From positions 156,926 to 220,925 of the forward strand of contig CAVVOB010000024.1 in NCBI GenBank assembly GCA_963749655.1: a stretch of DNA of 64,000 nucleotides, in the 5' to 3' direction. This document shows, one piece after another, positions 1 through 11,871 of the stretch (positions are counted from its first letter, which is position 1; each line of letters begins with the position of its first letter). The stretch is from Nitrospirota bacterium (GTDB lineage: Bacteria > Nitrospirota > UBA9217). The position numbers and the translations under genes were made by a program. The notes beneath the pieces are model-generated. The model did not search any database, was not told the DNA's origin, and saw only the letters and a program-made list of their open reading frames with translations.

Positions 1-110
1 GCACCGTCTGCGGGGCGGACCTGAATAAAACAGATTGCGGTCATCAGCGGAATGCACCGGGAGACTTCGGTGCATTTTCAGCGTTGAAGGATTTCCTGAA
101 AAAACAATAA
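1..110 (+). CDS. C-terminal end of DUF177/YceD family protein (partial)
   Basis: Frame 3 reads TVCGADLNKTDCGHQ...FSALKDFLKKQ*, like the YceD C-terminal Cys motif; canonical position upstream of rpmF. Confidence 0.75.
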   Translation, partial: TVCGADLNKTDCGHQRNAPGDFGAFSALKDFLKKQ

Positions 111-128
111 AAGGAGCTTATTACCACC

Positions 129-314
129 ATGGCAAACCCAAAACACAGACATTCCAAGTCCCGCAGGGACAAGCGACGCACGGAAAAACAAAAACTCATG
201 GCCCCGAACCTTGCCGTATGCCCGCAATGTCAGGAGGTCAAGAAGCCCCATCATGCCTGCCTGTCATGCGGAACCTATAACGGCCGCGAGGTCGTGACTG
301 TTCAGCAGATCTAA
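129..314 (+). CDS. rpmF: 50S ribosomal protein L32 (Zn-ribbon form)
   Basis: MANPKHRHSKSRRDKRR, CPQC...HHACLSCGTY; AGGAG upstream. Confidence 0.97.
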   Translation: MANPKHRHSKSRRDKRRTEKQKLMAPNLAVCPQCQEVKKPHHACLSCGTYNGREVVTVQQI

Positions 315-397
315 TCAAGGCTTGCTCAAAGGCAAAGGGATGATACTGGACGGAGTACCGGTATGTCCCTTTGCCTTTTATATTGTAGGGAGTCGTC

Positions 398-1411
398 ATG
401 AAGATTGCCGTTGATGCGATGGGGGGGGACAACGCGCCGCAAGCCATCGTCGCCGGAGCGGTGCAGGCGGCGAAGGAATTCGGCGTCGGCATCATCCTGG
501 TGGGCATCGAGCAGGTTGTTCTCGAAGAACTGGCCAGACACCAGCAGGCAAAAACGCTTCCGATCGAAGTCAGGAACGCCACGGAAGTGGTGGATATGCT
601 CGACTCCCCTGCCACGGTCTTCCGCCGGAAAAAGAACTCCTCCATCCGGGTGGCCAATGATCTCGTTAAAAGCGGCGAGGCGGTTGCCGTCATCAGCGCG
701 GGGCATACCGGGGCTGCAATGGCCACCTCCCTGTTCGTGCTCGGTCCGGTGGAAGGAGTGGAGCGCCCTGCGATTGCGACGTTCATGCCTTCGCTTCGGG
801 GTACGTCCCTCATCCTGGATATGGGTGCAAACGTGGACTGCAAGCCGAACCATCTGCTGCAGTTCGCTATCATGGGTGATGTCTACGCCAAATATCTGCT
901 GAAGATCGCGAATCCCCGCGTGGGCCTGCTGTCCATCGGAGAGGAAGAGACGAAGGGAAATGAGCTGACGAAGGAAGCTTTCAAGCTCCTGACGGAGACC
1001 TCTCTCAACTTCATCGGAAATGTCGAGGGACGGGACGTCATGTCGGGCAAAGCGGACGTTATCGTCTGCGATGGTTTCATCGGCAATGTCGTGTTGAAGG
1101 TCTCGGAAGCCGTCGCTGAAACCGTGGGGCTCTTCCTGAAGGAGGACATCGAGAAAAGCCTCATCAGGAAACTCGGCTATCTGCTCGTGCGGCCGGCCTT
1201 CCGTAATCTGAAGCGCCGCGTCGACTACGCGGAATACGGCGGCGCGCCGCTTGTCGGCATCAACGGCATCAGCATCATCAGCCACGGACGGTCCTCGGAC
1301 CGGGCCATCAAGAATGCCGTACGGGTAGCCGCCGATCTCGCAAAGAGCGAGGTCAACAAACACATACACGAGGACATTCAAAAGAATATGGAGCTTGCCA
1401 AAACCAAATGA
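398..1411 (+). CDS. plsX: phosphate acyltransferase PlsX
   Basis: MKIAVDAMGGDNAP, LDMGANVD, VCDGFIGNV, SHGRS motifs. Confidence 0.97.
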   Translation: MKIAVDAMGGDNAPQAIVAGAVQAAKEFGVGIILVGIEQVVLEELARHQQAKTLPIEVRNATEVVDMLDSPATVFRRKKNSSIRVANDLVKSGEAVAVISAGHTGAAMATSLFVLGPVEGVERPAIATFMPSLRGTSLILDMGANVDCKPNHLLQFAIMGDVYAKYLLKIANPRVGLLSIGEEETKGNELTKEAFKLLTETSLNFIGNVEGRDVMSGKADVIVCDGFIGNVVLKVSEAVAETVGLFLKEDIEKSLIRKLGYLLVRPAFRNLKRRVDYAEYGGAPLVGINGISIISHGRSSDRAIKNAVRVAADLAKSEVNKHIHEDIQKNMELAKTK

Positions 1412-2388
1412 TCCATGCGCGAATTACAGGAACAGGTTCCTATGTACCGAAAAAGATCATCACGAATCAGGACCTGGAAAAACTCGTTGACACGAGCGAT
1501 CAATGGATCATCGAGCGGACCGGCATCAAGGAACGCAGGATAGCGGAAAAAGGGCAGACCACCTCGGACCTGGCCTTCGAGGCAAGCAAAAAGGCCCTCA
1601 AGGCAGCCGGTCTCGGACCGGAGGAACTGGACCTCATCCTGGTCGCGACGATGACTCCGGACATGATTCTGCCGAGCGTAAGCTGCGTGCTCCAGGAAAA
1701 ACTAGGAGCCCGAAAGGCGGCTTCCTTCGATCTCTATGCCGCCTGTTCCGGCTTTATCTACGGAATGTCCGTAGCGAACGCTTTCATCAAGGCCGACCTG
1801 TATAAAAACATCCTGCTGGTCGGCGCCGAAGTCCTGTCCCGGTTCACGGACTGGGAAGACCGGACCACCTGCATACTCTTCGGGGACGGAGCGGGCGCTG
1901 CAGTGATCCAGCGCCAGTCCGGCAAACGGGGCATTCTTTCGACGCACCTGCATTCCGACGGATCGCTCGGCGATCTGATCCACGTTCCCGCCGGCGGAGC
2001 CCAGCACCCGGCATCGCACGACACCATCCGCAAACGGATGCACTTCATCAAGATGAAGGGCAATGAGACCTTCAAGGCGGCTGTGCGGGCTCTTGAGGAC
2101 GTGGTTGAGGAAGCGTTGGAGCACAACAAGGTAAAACCGGAGGAGATCGATTTCATGGTCCCGCACCAGGCCAATCTGCGGATCATCCAGGCCATGGCGC
2201 AGCGCCTGAACATGCCCATGGAAAAGGTCGTGCTCACGCTGCCCAAGTACGGCAATACCTCTGCGGCCTCGATCCCCATGGCCCTGGATGAAGCGGTCCG
2301 GGACGGCAGGATCAAGGACAATCACCTCCTCCTGTTCGAGGCCTTCGGCGGCGGCCTGACCTGGGCATCGGCGCTGGTAAGATGGTGA
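1408..2388 (+). CDS. fabH: 3-oxoacyl-ACP synthase III
   Basis: AACSGF, PHQAN, YGNTSAAS, FGGGLTW catalytic motifs; ATGA overlap with plsX. Confidence 0.97.
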   Translation: MIHARITGTGSYVPKKIITNQDLEKLVDTSDQWIIERTGIKERRIAEKGQTTSDLAFEASKKALKAAGLGPEELDLILVATMTPDMILPSVSCVLQEKLGARKAASFDLYAACSGFIYGMSVANAFIKADLYKNILLVGAEVLSRFTDWEDRTTCILFGDGAGAAVIQRQSGKRGILSTHLHSDGSLGDLIHVPAGGAQHPASHDTIRKRMHFIKMKGNETFKAAVRALEDVVEEALEHNKVKPEEIDFMVPHQANLRIIQAMAQRLNMPMEKVVLTLPKYGNTSAASIPMALDEAVRDGRIKDNHLLLFEAFGGGLTWASALVRW

Positions 2389-2410
2389 AACAGGACAAAC
2401 ACCACGTGGC

Positions 2411-2518
2411 AAGCATCAAATTTCAAACAAACTCCAGATACGAAATGTAAAACGTTTCAGAGAGTGAAATTCCGTATTTAGAATTTATTTGTGATTTGTT
2501 ATTTGGAATTTGAAATTT
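2411..2518. repeat. AT-rich imperfect inverted repeat built of heptamer-like units (aaatttc / ttggaat)
   Basis: A-rich left arm (caaatttcaaacaaactcc) and complementary T-rich right arm (gatttgttatttggaatttgaaattt). Confidence 0.55.
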
Positions 2519-2537
2519 TCTGTAATCGGAGGATGTC

Positions 2538-3694
2538 ATGGACTATTTGCTGACAGAGGATCAGATCATGATACGCGATCTCGCACGGCAGATCGCGGTC
2601 GAGAAGATCGTGCCGGTGCGCGCAGAACTGGACGAACAGAACAAGTTTCCGACGGACATCATGAAGGCCATGGCCCAGGCGGACCTCTTCGGCATCTACA
2701 TTCCCGAAGAATACGGCGGCCTCGGCAAAAAGAGCCTCGATCTTTATATCGCCATCGAAGAAATATCGAAGGCCTGCGTCGGAGTTTCCACCAGCTACGC
2801 AGCCAATGCCCTCGGCACCTACCCCATCCTGCTCCACGGTTCCGATGCCCAGAAAAAGAAGTATCTGCCCGACATCGCGTCGGGAAAAAACCTCGCGGCA
2901 TTCGGACTGACCGAAGCGAACGCCGGCAGCGACGCCAGCGGCGTACAGACCACGGCCAAGCTCGACGGAAACGAGTATGTTGCTGAACGGCACGAAGCAA
3001 TGGATCACGAACGGCGGCGAGGCGGAGATATACACCGTCATCGCCATCACGGACAAGTCAAAGGGCGCCCGCGGCGCCTCTGCTTTATCGTGGAAAAAGG
3101 TACGCCCGGCTTCACCTTCGGGAAGAAAGAAAACAAGATGGGCATCCGCGCATCGTCCACGACCGAACTCATCTTCAACAACTGCCGCATTCCCAAGGAA
3201 AACCTGATCGCCAAGGAAGGCCTGGGATTCATCGTGGCCATGAAGACCCTCGACTGCTCCCGTGCAGGAGTGGGCGCCCAGGGCGTCGGCGTGGCCCAGG
3301 GCGCCATCGACGAGGCATCAAGTTCGCCAAGGGCAGGGTCCAGTTCGGCCAGCCCATCACCTCATTCCAGGCCATTCAGCACATGCTTGCGGACATGCAG
3401 ACCCAGACCGAGGCGGCCCGCGCCCTGGTCTATTCCGTGGCCCGCATGATGGACAGCGGAGCCAAGGACTTCTCCCGTGCTTCTGCCATGGCAAAGCTCT
3501 TCGCCACCGACACCGCCATGAAGGTGACCACCGACGCCGTCCAGATCATGGGCGGTTCGGGCTATATGAAAGAGTACCCCGTCGAAAAAATGATGCGCGA
3601 CGCCAAGATCCTCCAGATCTATGAGGGAACGAACCAGATCCAGCGCAACGTCATCGCCCTCGACATGATCAAGGAAGCAACGAGACAGAAATAG
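2538..3694 (+). CDS. acyl-CoA dehydrogenase, butyryl-CoA dehydrogenase-like (frameshifts, probably read errors)
   Basis: IPEEYGG, FGLTEANAGSDA, LNGTKQWITNG, KMGIRASST, MRDAKILQIYEGTNQIQR spread across ORFs 2538-3449, 2977-3207, 3383-3694. Confidence 0.93.
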
Positions 3695-3784
3695 CAGATA
3701 CCGAAGCGGTGAGGCGTAAGGAGTAAGGTGAACAAAAGCCTTCGATCGTTTCCGTCTCCCGGTCCTAATGATTCGGAGAAACCC

Positions 3785-4573
3785 ATGAACATCATCGTTC
3801 TTGTCAAACAGGTTCCGGACACATCGGAAGTAAAGATCAACCGGGAGACGAACACGCTCATCCGCGACGGCGTCCCGAGCATCATCAACCCCTTCGATAT
3901 GTACGCCATCGAAGAAGCGCTCCGTCTGCGCGAACAACACGGCGGCAAGGTGACGGCCGTGACCATGGGGCCGCCCCAGGCGGCCGAAGCGCTGAAAGAG
4001 GCCGTGGCCATGGGCGTGGACGACGTCGTGCTGCTGTCCGACCGGCGCTTTTGCCGGCGCCGATACCTGGGCCACCTCCTATACCCTTTCGCAGGGCATC
4101 AAGAAGATCGGCGAGTTACGACCTCATTATTGCGGGCAAGCAGGCCATCGACGGCGACACGGCGCAGGTCGGCCCGGAGACCGCGGACATGCTCGGCATT
4201 CCCTTCGTCGCCTATATAAGGAAGATCGAGCAGGTCGAACGGGAAGAAGATGGTCGTGGAACGCATGATGGACGAAGGATACGATGTGGTGGAGTCCTCC
4301 CTCCCGGCGCTGATAACCGTGGTCAAAGAGATCAACCAGCCGCGGCTGCCCTCGCTGAAGGGCAAAATGAAGGCCAAAAACCTCAAGGTCACGACCTGGA
4401 ACGCAAAGATATCGACGCTGACGAGAACATGCTCGGCCTCAAGGGTTCTCCCACGAAGGTCGTCAGGATATTCCCGCCGGCTCCGCGCGGCCAGCGGGAG
4501 ATTCTGTCCGGCACGATCGAAGAGCAGGTCGAGCAGGTCGTGAAGAAGTTGAAAGAGCAATCGTTTATTCTAA
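3785..4573 (+). CDS. etfB: electron transfer flavoprotein beta subunit (frameshifted)
   Basis: MNIIVLVKQVPDT, INPFDMYAIEEA, GKQAIDGDTAQVGP, INQPRLPS, GSPTKV across frames. Confidence 0.93.
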
Positions 4574-4661
4574 TGCAGGATTCAAGTGAAGCAGGATGTG
4601 ATCATGTCGTCCTTCCCGGCACGGCTTCTGGATTCGGTTGCATCTTTTCAAGGAGCTTCCC

Positions 4662-5855
4662 GTGAGCGTTCAAGTCATTTCCGACACCTGCACCGGCTGC
4701 GAGACCTGTGTCTCCGCCTGCCCCTTCGGCGCCATCGAGATGCGCGACGGCAAGGCCTTCATCACGGAAGGCTGCACCCTGTGCGGTGCCTGCATCGAGG
4801 CCTGCGAATTCAAGGCCATCGAGCGGACCGGCGAAGAAGCCGTGCCGCGGCAAAGGACCTTTCGGCGTTCAAAGGCGTCTGGGTCTTTGCAGAACAGCAC
4901 AAGGGAGAGCATCTCCAGCGTCGCGCTTGAGCTCCTCGGAGAAGGAAGAAAACTGGCCGACAAGCGCAAAACAAAGCTTTCAGCCGTCTTCATCGGCCAC
5001 GGCATCAAGGACAAGGCAAAGGACCTCATCGCCTACGGGGCTGACATCGTCTATCTCGCCGATGACCCGGCGCTCAAGGATTTTAACGACGATTCCTACG
5101 CCGCCGTCCTGACCACGCTTGCAACGCAGCACAAACCCGAGATCATCCTCGCCGGCGCAACGGCGATCGGCCGTTCGTTCTTTCCCAAGGTCGCCGCTAA
5201 GCTCTATACCGGACTTACGGCCGACTGCACCGTGCTCGATATCGACGCCGAGACCGGCCACCTGCACCAGACCCGTCCGGCTTTCGGCGGCAATATCATG
5301 GCCACCATCGTCACGCCGAACCACCGGCCCCAGATGGCGACGGTCAGGCACAAGGTCATGAAACCGTCCGTCCGCGACGATTCCCGGACCGGCGATATCA
5401 TCACGATCTCATACAATCAGTCGGGCAGCCTGCGCACGAAGGTCCTCAAGACCGTAGAAGAACTGGGCGAGACCGTGAATATCTGCGAAGCCGACATCAT
5501 CGTCGCCGGAGGCCGCGGCCTCGGCAGCGCCAAGAACTTCCAGCTGATCGAAGAGCTCGCCAAGGTCCTCGGCGGCGCTGTCGCGGCAACGCGCGGCGCA
5601 GTTGATGAAGGATGGATCCCCTATCCTCACCAGGTGGGACAGACCGGCAAGACCGTCTGCCCCAAGCTCTACATCGCCTGCGGCATCTCCGGCGCAATCC
5701 AGCATGTAGCCGGCATGCAGTCCTCTGAAGTGATCGTCGCCATCAACAAAGACCCCGACGCGCCCATCTTCAACGTCGCCACTTACGGCATCGTCGGCGA
5801 CGTCCACGAGGTCCTTCCCATCATGATCAAGAAGATCAAGGAAATGCGGGGATAA
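4662..5855 (+). CDS. etfA: electron transfer flavoprotein alpha subunit with N-terminal 2[4Fe-4S] ferredoxin domain
   Basis: GTG start after AGGAG; [12 protein letters not shown] / [11 protein letters not shown]; [30 protein letters not shown]; short compensated frameshift ~4850-4910. Confidence 0.94.
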   Translation: MSVQVISDTCTGCETCVSACPFGAIEMRDGKAFITEGCTLCGACIEACEFKAIERTGEEAVPRQRTFRRSKASGSLQNSTRESISSVALELLGEGRKLADKRKTKLSAVFIGHGIKDKAKDLIAYGADIVYLADDPALKDFNDDSYAAVLTTLATQHKPEIILAGATAIGRSFFPKVAAKLYTGLTADCTVLDIDAETGHLHQTRPAFGGNIMATIVTPNHRPQMATVRHKVMKPSVRDDSRTGDIITISYNQSGSLRTKVLKTVEELGETVNICEADIIVAGGRGLGSAKNFQLIEELAKVLGGAVAATRGAVDEGWIPYPHQVGQTGKTVCPKLYIACGISGAIQHVAGMQSSEVIVAINKDPDAPIFNVATYGIVGDVHEVLPIMIKKIKEMRG

Positions 5856-5856
5856 C

Positions 5857-6793
5857 ATGAAAATCGCCTTCCTTTTCCCGGCCAGGGCTCTCAGTACGCG
5901 GGCATGGCCAAGGAGTTCATCGAACACTTCCACGGAATCCAAGGAGGTCTTCGACAGTGCCAGCCGACGCACTCGGCTATCGACCTTGCGGACTGTGCAT
6001 GCACGGCCCTGTCGAGAAGCTGAACCTCACGGAGAACACCCAGCCTGCGATCCTCGCTGCGAGCATCGCCATCCTGATGCCCCTCGAGCGGAGGGGGCTT
6101 TCGGCATCGGCGGCAGCCGGCCACAGCCTCGGCGAGTATACGGCAATAACGGCGGTGGGCGGTTTCGACTTCAAGGACGCGGTTTCACTGGTCCGGAAGC
6201 GCGGCAGTACATGCAGGAGGCCGTTCCCGAGGGAACCGGCCTCATGGCGGCCATCCTCGGCATGGACCGCCAGGACGTAGAAAAAACTTGCCTTGAAGCG
6301 TCCAAAAATGGTATAGTTGCCCCTGCAAATTACAACACCCCGGGCCAGATCGTCATCGCAGGCGAGAAAAAAGCTGTTGAAAAGGCCATGGAACTCGCCA
6401 AAGTCCGGGGGAGCAAAAAAAGTCGTCCCGCTTGCGGTCAGCGTGCCATCACACTGCTCCTTGATGACAACAGGCCGGAGAGCGGCTTGTCGCGGGAACT
6501 CGAGAACGTCACCATCAGCGACCTCCGCGTCCCGATCGTAAACAACGCCGACGCAAAGTTTCTGAGCAAAGCCTCGGAGCTGAGACCGTCGCTCATCAGG
6601 CAGATCAGCTCTCCGCTCTTCTGGGAAGATTCCATCACGGCAATGGTCGCAGGACGGCTTCGACACCTTCATCGAGATCGGCCCGGGCAAGGTGCTCTCG
6701 GGCCTGGTGAAGCGGATCGCCAAGGACGCCCAGGTGCTGAACGTGGAAGATCAAAAGAGCATGAACGATACGCTCAGCGCTCTCGGATTATAA
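5857..6793 (+). CDS. fabD: malonyl-CoA-ACP transacylase (frameshifted)
   Basis: MKIAFLFPG, TENTQPA, GHSLGEY, ANYNTPGQIV, EIGPGKVLSGL across frames. Confidence 0.93.
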
Positions 6794-6814
6794 CAACGGG
6801 ATCAGGAGCTTGAA

Positions 6815-7870
<1,056 letters not shown>

Positions 7871-8139
7871 GCATCAGATAATCAAGAATACGGACGGCGG
7901 GAGAGGGTTCGAAGCATAAGCAACGGCCTTTCATCAGCGCTCCCTCCTCTGTGTTCTGCACCACTTCCAAAAGCCAGAAGACCTCTCCCGCATGCACAGG
8001 GACCGGTTTTTTGGCTTTTCGGATTTTTTCTCCGTAAAAAAGTGAGGCCCCGATTTTTGTCGGCCGGCCGGCGCTGTTCGTATATATTTTTCATCCGTCA
8101 GGCTTCCCTGAACGGAACCCAGGCAGGAGGTATCCTCTT

Positions 8140-9383
8140 TTGAAGAAAAGAGTTGTTGTCACCGGCGTCGGGATGATCACTCCCGTCGGTCTCGATACGG
8201 AAACAAGCTGGGACAGGCCTCGATCAACGGCAAATCCGGCATCGGCCCGATCACCCAGTTCGATGATAAGACCATCCCGACCCAGATCGCGGGCGAGATC
8301 CACGGATTCGAGCCGGAAAAGTACATCGAGCCCAAAGAGATAAAAAAGATGGACCGGTTCATCCATCTGGCCATCGCGGCAAGCCAGATGGCCATGGACA
8401 TGTCCGGTCTCAAGATCACACCGGAGAACGCCGACCGCGTCGGCGTCATCGTCAGCGCGGGCATCGGCGGCCTGCCGGCCATCGAGAAATACCACAAGGT
8501 CTATCTCGAACGGGGCATCCGCAAGATAACGCCCTTCTTCATCCCCATGCTGATCATCAACGAATCGGCGGGCATGATATCGATCCGCTACGGCGCCAAA
8601 GGCCCCAACATCTGCGTCGTCACGGCCTGCGCCACGGGGACCCATTCGATCGGCGACGCCTTCAAGTGGATCCAGCGCGGCGACGCTGATGCCATGATCG
8701 CCGGCGGCACGGAATCCTGCATCTGCCCGACCGGCGTAGGCGGTTTCAACGCCATGAAGGCGCTTTCAACACGAAACGACGAGCCGGAGCGCGCGAGCCG
8801 TCCCTTCGATGCGGAACGCGACGGATTCATCATGGGTGAGGGCTCCGGCGTCGTCATCCTCGAGGAAATGGAGTTCGCGCTGAAACGCGGCGCGCGCATC
8901 TATGCCGAGGTTGTCGGCTACGGGGCCACGGGCGACGCCTATCACATTACGTCGCCGGCGCCGAACGGCGAAGGAGCCGCGCGGTGCATGAAGATGGCGA
9001 TCAAGGACGCGGGAATCGCTCCGACGGAGATGGGCTACATCAACGCCCACGGCACATCCACCAAGTTCGGCGACGAGCTCGAAACAACGGCCATCAAGAC
9101 CGTGTTCGGCGACTTCGCTTACAAGATACCGGTCAGTTCCACGAAATCCATGACCGGCCATCTGCTCGGCGCGGCCGGCGGCGTGGAAGCGGTCATCACG
9201 GTCCTCGCGCTTGACCGCGGGATGCTGCCTCCGACGATCAATCTCGACAACCCTGATCCGGAGTGCGACCTTGATTATATCCCGAATAAAGCGCGGCACA
9301 CGCAGGTGGACGTTGCCATGTCGAACTCCTTCGGCTTCGGCGGTACGAATGCCTGCCTGGTCTTCAAAAGATTCCGGAGCTAA
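8140..9383 (+). CDS. fabF: 3-oxoacyl-ACP synthase II (frameshift ~8220)
   Basis: [40 protein letters not shown]. Confidence 0.96.
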
Positions 9384-9384
9384 G

Positions 9385-10077
9385 ATGCCGCTCCTATCGG
9401 ACATTCAACTGCGGATCAGCCACCGTTTCCGCGACCAGGAGCTGCTCGAACGCGCCCTGACGCACAAGTCCTATGCTAATGAGAACCGGGTCCCTGCTCA
9501 CAACGAACGGCTCGAGTTCCTGGGCGACGCCGTTCTCAGCCTCATCGTCAGCGAACACCTGATGAAAAACTGTCCGGACTCGACCGAGGGGGACCTCTCC
9601 CGCCTCCGGGCTGCCGTCGTGAGCGAGCCGGCGCTTGCCGCTGTTGCGCGCGACATCGGCCTCGGCAGTTATCTCCTGCTCGGCAAAGGAGAGGAACAGA
9701 CCGGCGGCAGAGACAAGGATTCCCTGCTCGCGAACTGCCTTGAAGCGCTCATCGCATCCGTCTACCTCGATGGGGGCCTGCCTGTCGCCGAAGCCCTGGT
9801 CATCCGCCTTTTCGAAAAAACGGTCCAAAGGACCTGCACCTCCCGGGGCACCCTCGACTACAAAACGGAGCTCCAGGAGCTGAGTCAGGAGCGCATGAAA
9901 CAGCTCCCTGAATACCGGATCGTGTCCGAAACCGGTCCTGACCATCAGAAGCAGTTCACCGTAGAGCTCTCCATCAACAGTGAAATCTGCGGCCGCGGCA
10001 CAGGCAGGAGTAAAAAGGATGCGGAGCAGAAAGCGGCCAGGGAAGCGCTGAAAAAACTGACTGGCCGGGAAGCGTGA
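9385..10077 (+). CDS. rnc: ribonuclease III
   Basis: ALTHKS, NERLEFLGDAVL, dsRBD DYKTELQE...SKKDAEQKAA. Confidence 0.96.
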   Translation: MPLLSDIQLRISHRFRDQELLERALTHKSYANENRVPAHNERLEFLGDAVLSLIVSEHLMKNCPDSTEGDLSRLRAAVVSEPALAAVARDIGLGSYLLLGKGEEQTGGRDKDSLLANCLEALIASVYLDGGLPVAEALVIRLFEKTVQRTCTSRGTLDYKTELQELSQERMKQLPEYRIVSETGPDHQKQFTVELSINSEICGRGTGRSKKDAEQKAAREALKKLTGREA

Positions 10078-10175
10078 TTGCGGATTGTGCATCTCAACAA
10101 CGTGCGGATCATGCCGTGCAATCAGCGAATTTCCCCCATTTCTAAATCCGCATTTTCGACATAAAGCAACGTGAC

Positions 10176-11189
10176 ATGATCATCCCATTCTTCATCACCC
10201 ACGCCGGATGTCCGCACCAATGTGTGTTCTGCAACCAGAAGAATATCGTCGGCCAATATGAACCGGAAACGCCTGCAGCCGTATCCCATAAAATAGACGC
10301 TTATCTGGGACAACACAGCTCGCCGGAGTCCGTTTACGTTGCCTTCTACGGTGGAACGTTTACGGCCCTTCCGCTGGAGATGCAAAACTCCTACCTCGAA
10401 TCCGTCATGCCGTTCATCCGCGACGGCCGCGTCCGGAGCACCAGGGTTTCCACCCGTCCTGATTGCCTGAGCCGTGAAAAAATTCAGTTTCTCAAGGCCG
10501 GTCATGTGGCCGTCGTGGAGCTGGGCATCCAGTCCATGGACGATCGTGTCCTTGAGCTTTCCGGCCGCGGCCACACCGCAGAGGATGCGCGGAATGCCGT
10601 GGCCTTGTTAAAGGAATTCGGCATGGGCGTCGGCTTGCAGCTCATGCCCGGACTGCCCGGTGATTCTGAAGTTCTGTTCTCGGAAACCGTTGACAAAGTC
10701 CTTCAGCTCAAGCCTGATGCTGTCCGTCTTTATCCCGCGGTCGTTATCAAAGGCACCCCGCTCGAGGAGCTGTACCTCGCGCGGCGATACATTCCGCTGA
10801 CGCTGGAACAGGCCGTTGCCGTCTGCCGGGATGCCCTGGCGAAATTCAGGCGAGCCGGCATCCCGGTCATCCGCATGGGACTGCAGCCGTGCGTTGAGCT
10901 GGAAACGCCGGGTACGGTCCTTGACGGTCCGTTCCATCCTGCCTTTGGCCAGCTTGTGGAATCTGCTCTCTTCCTGGAGAACATGCGGATTGAAGTGCGC
11001 AGCCGGGAAAAATACGTTGGCAACACCGCTGTTTTTCTGGTGCACCCCAGGGATATCTCTACAGCAACAGGGCAGCGGCGTTCAAATATCGATGCGTTGA
11101 GGAAAGAGTTCGGATTTCAGGCTGTGCGTATCAGGGGAGACTGTGTCGTTCCGGCCGGGGGGACGCCTATCCTTCTTTCAGTTTCTTGA
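10176..11189 (+). CDS. Elp3/YhcC-like radical SAM protein
   Basis: CPHQCVFC, FYGGTFT, STRPD, VELGIQS, GPFHPAF; commonly follows rnc. Confidence 0.88.
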   Translation: MIIPFFITHAGCPHQCVFCNQKNIVGQYEPETPAAVSHKIDAYLGQHSSPESVYVAFYGGTFTALPLEMQNSYLESVMPFIRDGRVRSTRVSTRPDCLSREKIQFLKAGHVAVVELGIQSMDDRVLELSGRGHTAEDARNAVALLKEFGMGVGLQLMPGLPGDSEVLFSETVDKVLQLKPDAVRLYPAVVIKGTPLEELYLARRYIPLTLEQAVAVCRDALAKFRRAGIPVIRMGLQPCVELETPGTVLDGPFHPAFGQLVESALFLENMRIEVRSREKYVGNTAVFLVHPRDISTATGQRRSNIDALRKEFGFQAVRIRGDCVVPAGGTPILLSVS

Positions 11190-11466
11190 GAAGGAACAGG
11201 CTGAGTTGAAATTTTTTGCCTTCTTCTTCCAGCACGAGCTTGTAAAAATCGCACTTCTCGCAATGCTCGTATTTTTTCGCAAAGGTACCCTGGATTTCGC
11301 CCGCGCACATCGTTCCCGCAACAACCCAGCATGCCCTCCCGGCGTTCCTGCCGTCATGGGTTCCCTGCAGCTTTTTCTCCGTTGCCGAAGGGCAAATACC
11401 GAGGTCTTCATGGTTGCCGCCGGGCTCACGGCCGCATTTCTTTACTTCCCAGCAATTCTTCTTCAT
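11167..11466 (-). CDS. stand-alone two-CW domain, Cys-rich protein
   Basis: NCWEVKKCGRE...CP...GRACWVVAGTMC...CEKCDFY. Confidence 0.8.
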   Translation of the reverse strand: MKKNCWEVKKCGREPGGNHEDLGICPSATEKKLQGTHDGRNAGRACWVVAGTMCAGEIQGTFAKKYEHCEKCDFYKLVLEEEGKKFQLSLFLLKKLKEG

Positions 11467-11625
11467 CGTAGCTCTCGTTTCTTGCAGGTTTGAGCCCATT
11501 CCGGCATCCGGATTTTAACGACAGGCAAGACCGGCCACGCTTCAGGATCGATACGCCAGGAGAATAGAAATCAGGAAAACGGGAAAGAGTGTGGGGAACC
11601 GACGAAATCCCTTCAGGGACTTCGC

Positions 11626-11814
11626 TCACACCGGTTCTACAACAATGCGGTTTTTGACGAGCGAGACCTCGCGCACTTCGCCTTGCACCTTCTTTTCCTC
11701 ACCGAACAGATTTCGAAAAACGACCTGGCCTTTTTCAGCGCTGACCTGGTTTACTGATTCGAGAACGAGTTCTTCTTTTCCATTCTTTCTGATATACGCC
11801 TTGAGATCGCACAT
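11626..11814 (-). CDS. CooT family nickel-binding protein
   Basis: 62 aa starting MC, with ELVLESV and RNLFGEEKKV patterns typical of CooT; GGAG RBS. Confidence 0.8.
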   Translation of the reverse strand: MCDLKAYIRKNGKEELVLESVNQVSAEKGQVVFRNLFGEEKKVQGEVREVSLVKNRIVVEPV

Positions 11815-11841
11815 GCGCTCCAGCTCCTGCCCGCTCACCTG

Positions 11842-11871
11842 AAAAAAAAACGCCGCAATCACGACTCGGCG
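11842..11871 (-). terminator. intrinsic terminator 5' of cooT
   Basis: Minus strand CGCCG-AGTCGTGATTG-CGGCG followed by T9. Confidence 0.65.

Noticed and set aside
7897-7991. Cobalamin riboswitch (AAGCCAGAAGACCT)
   Set aside because: Only the 3' box resembles it; AGGGAA, GCCACTG and GGGAAG elements are absent and the acpP-fabF context is unfitting. It is just a 10-bp inverted repeat.
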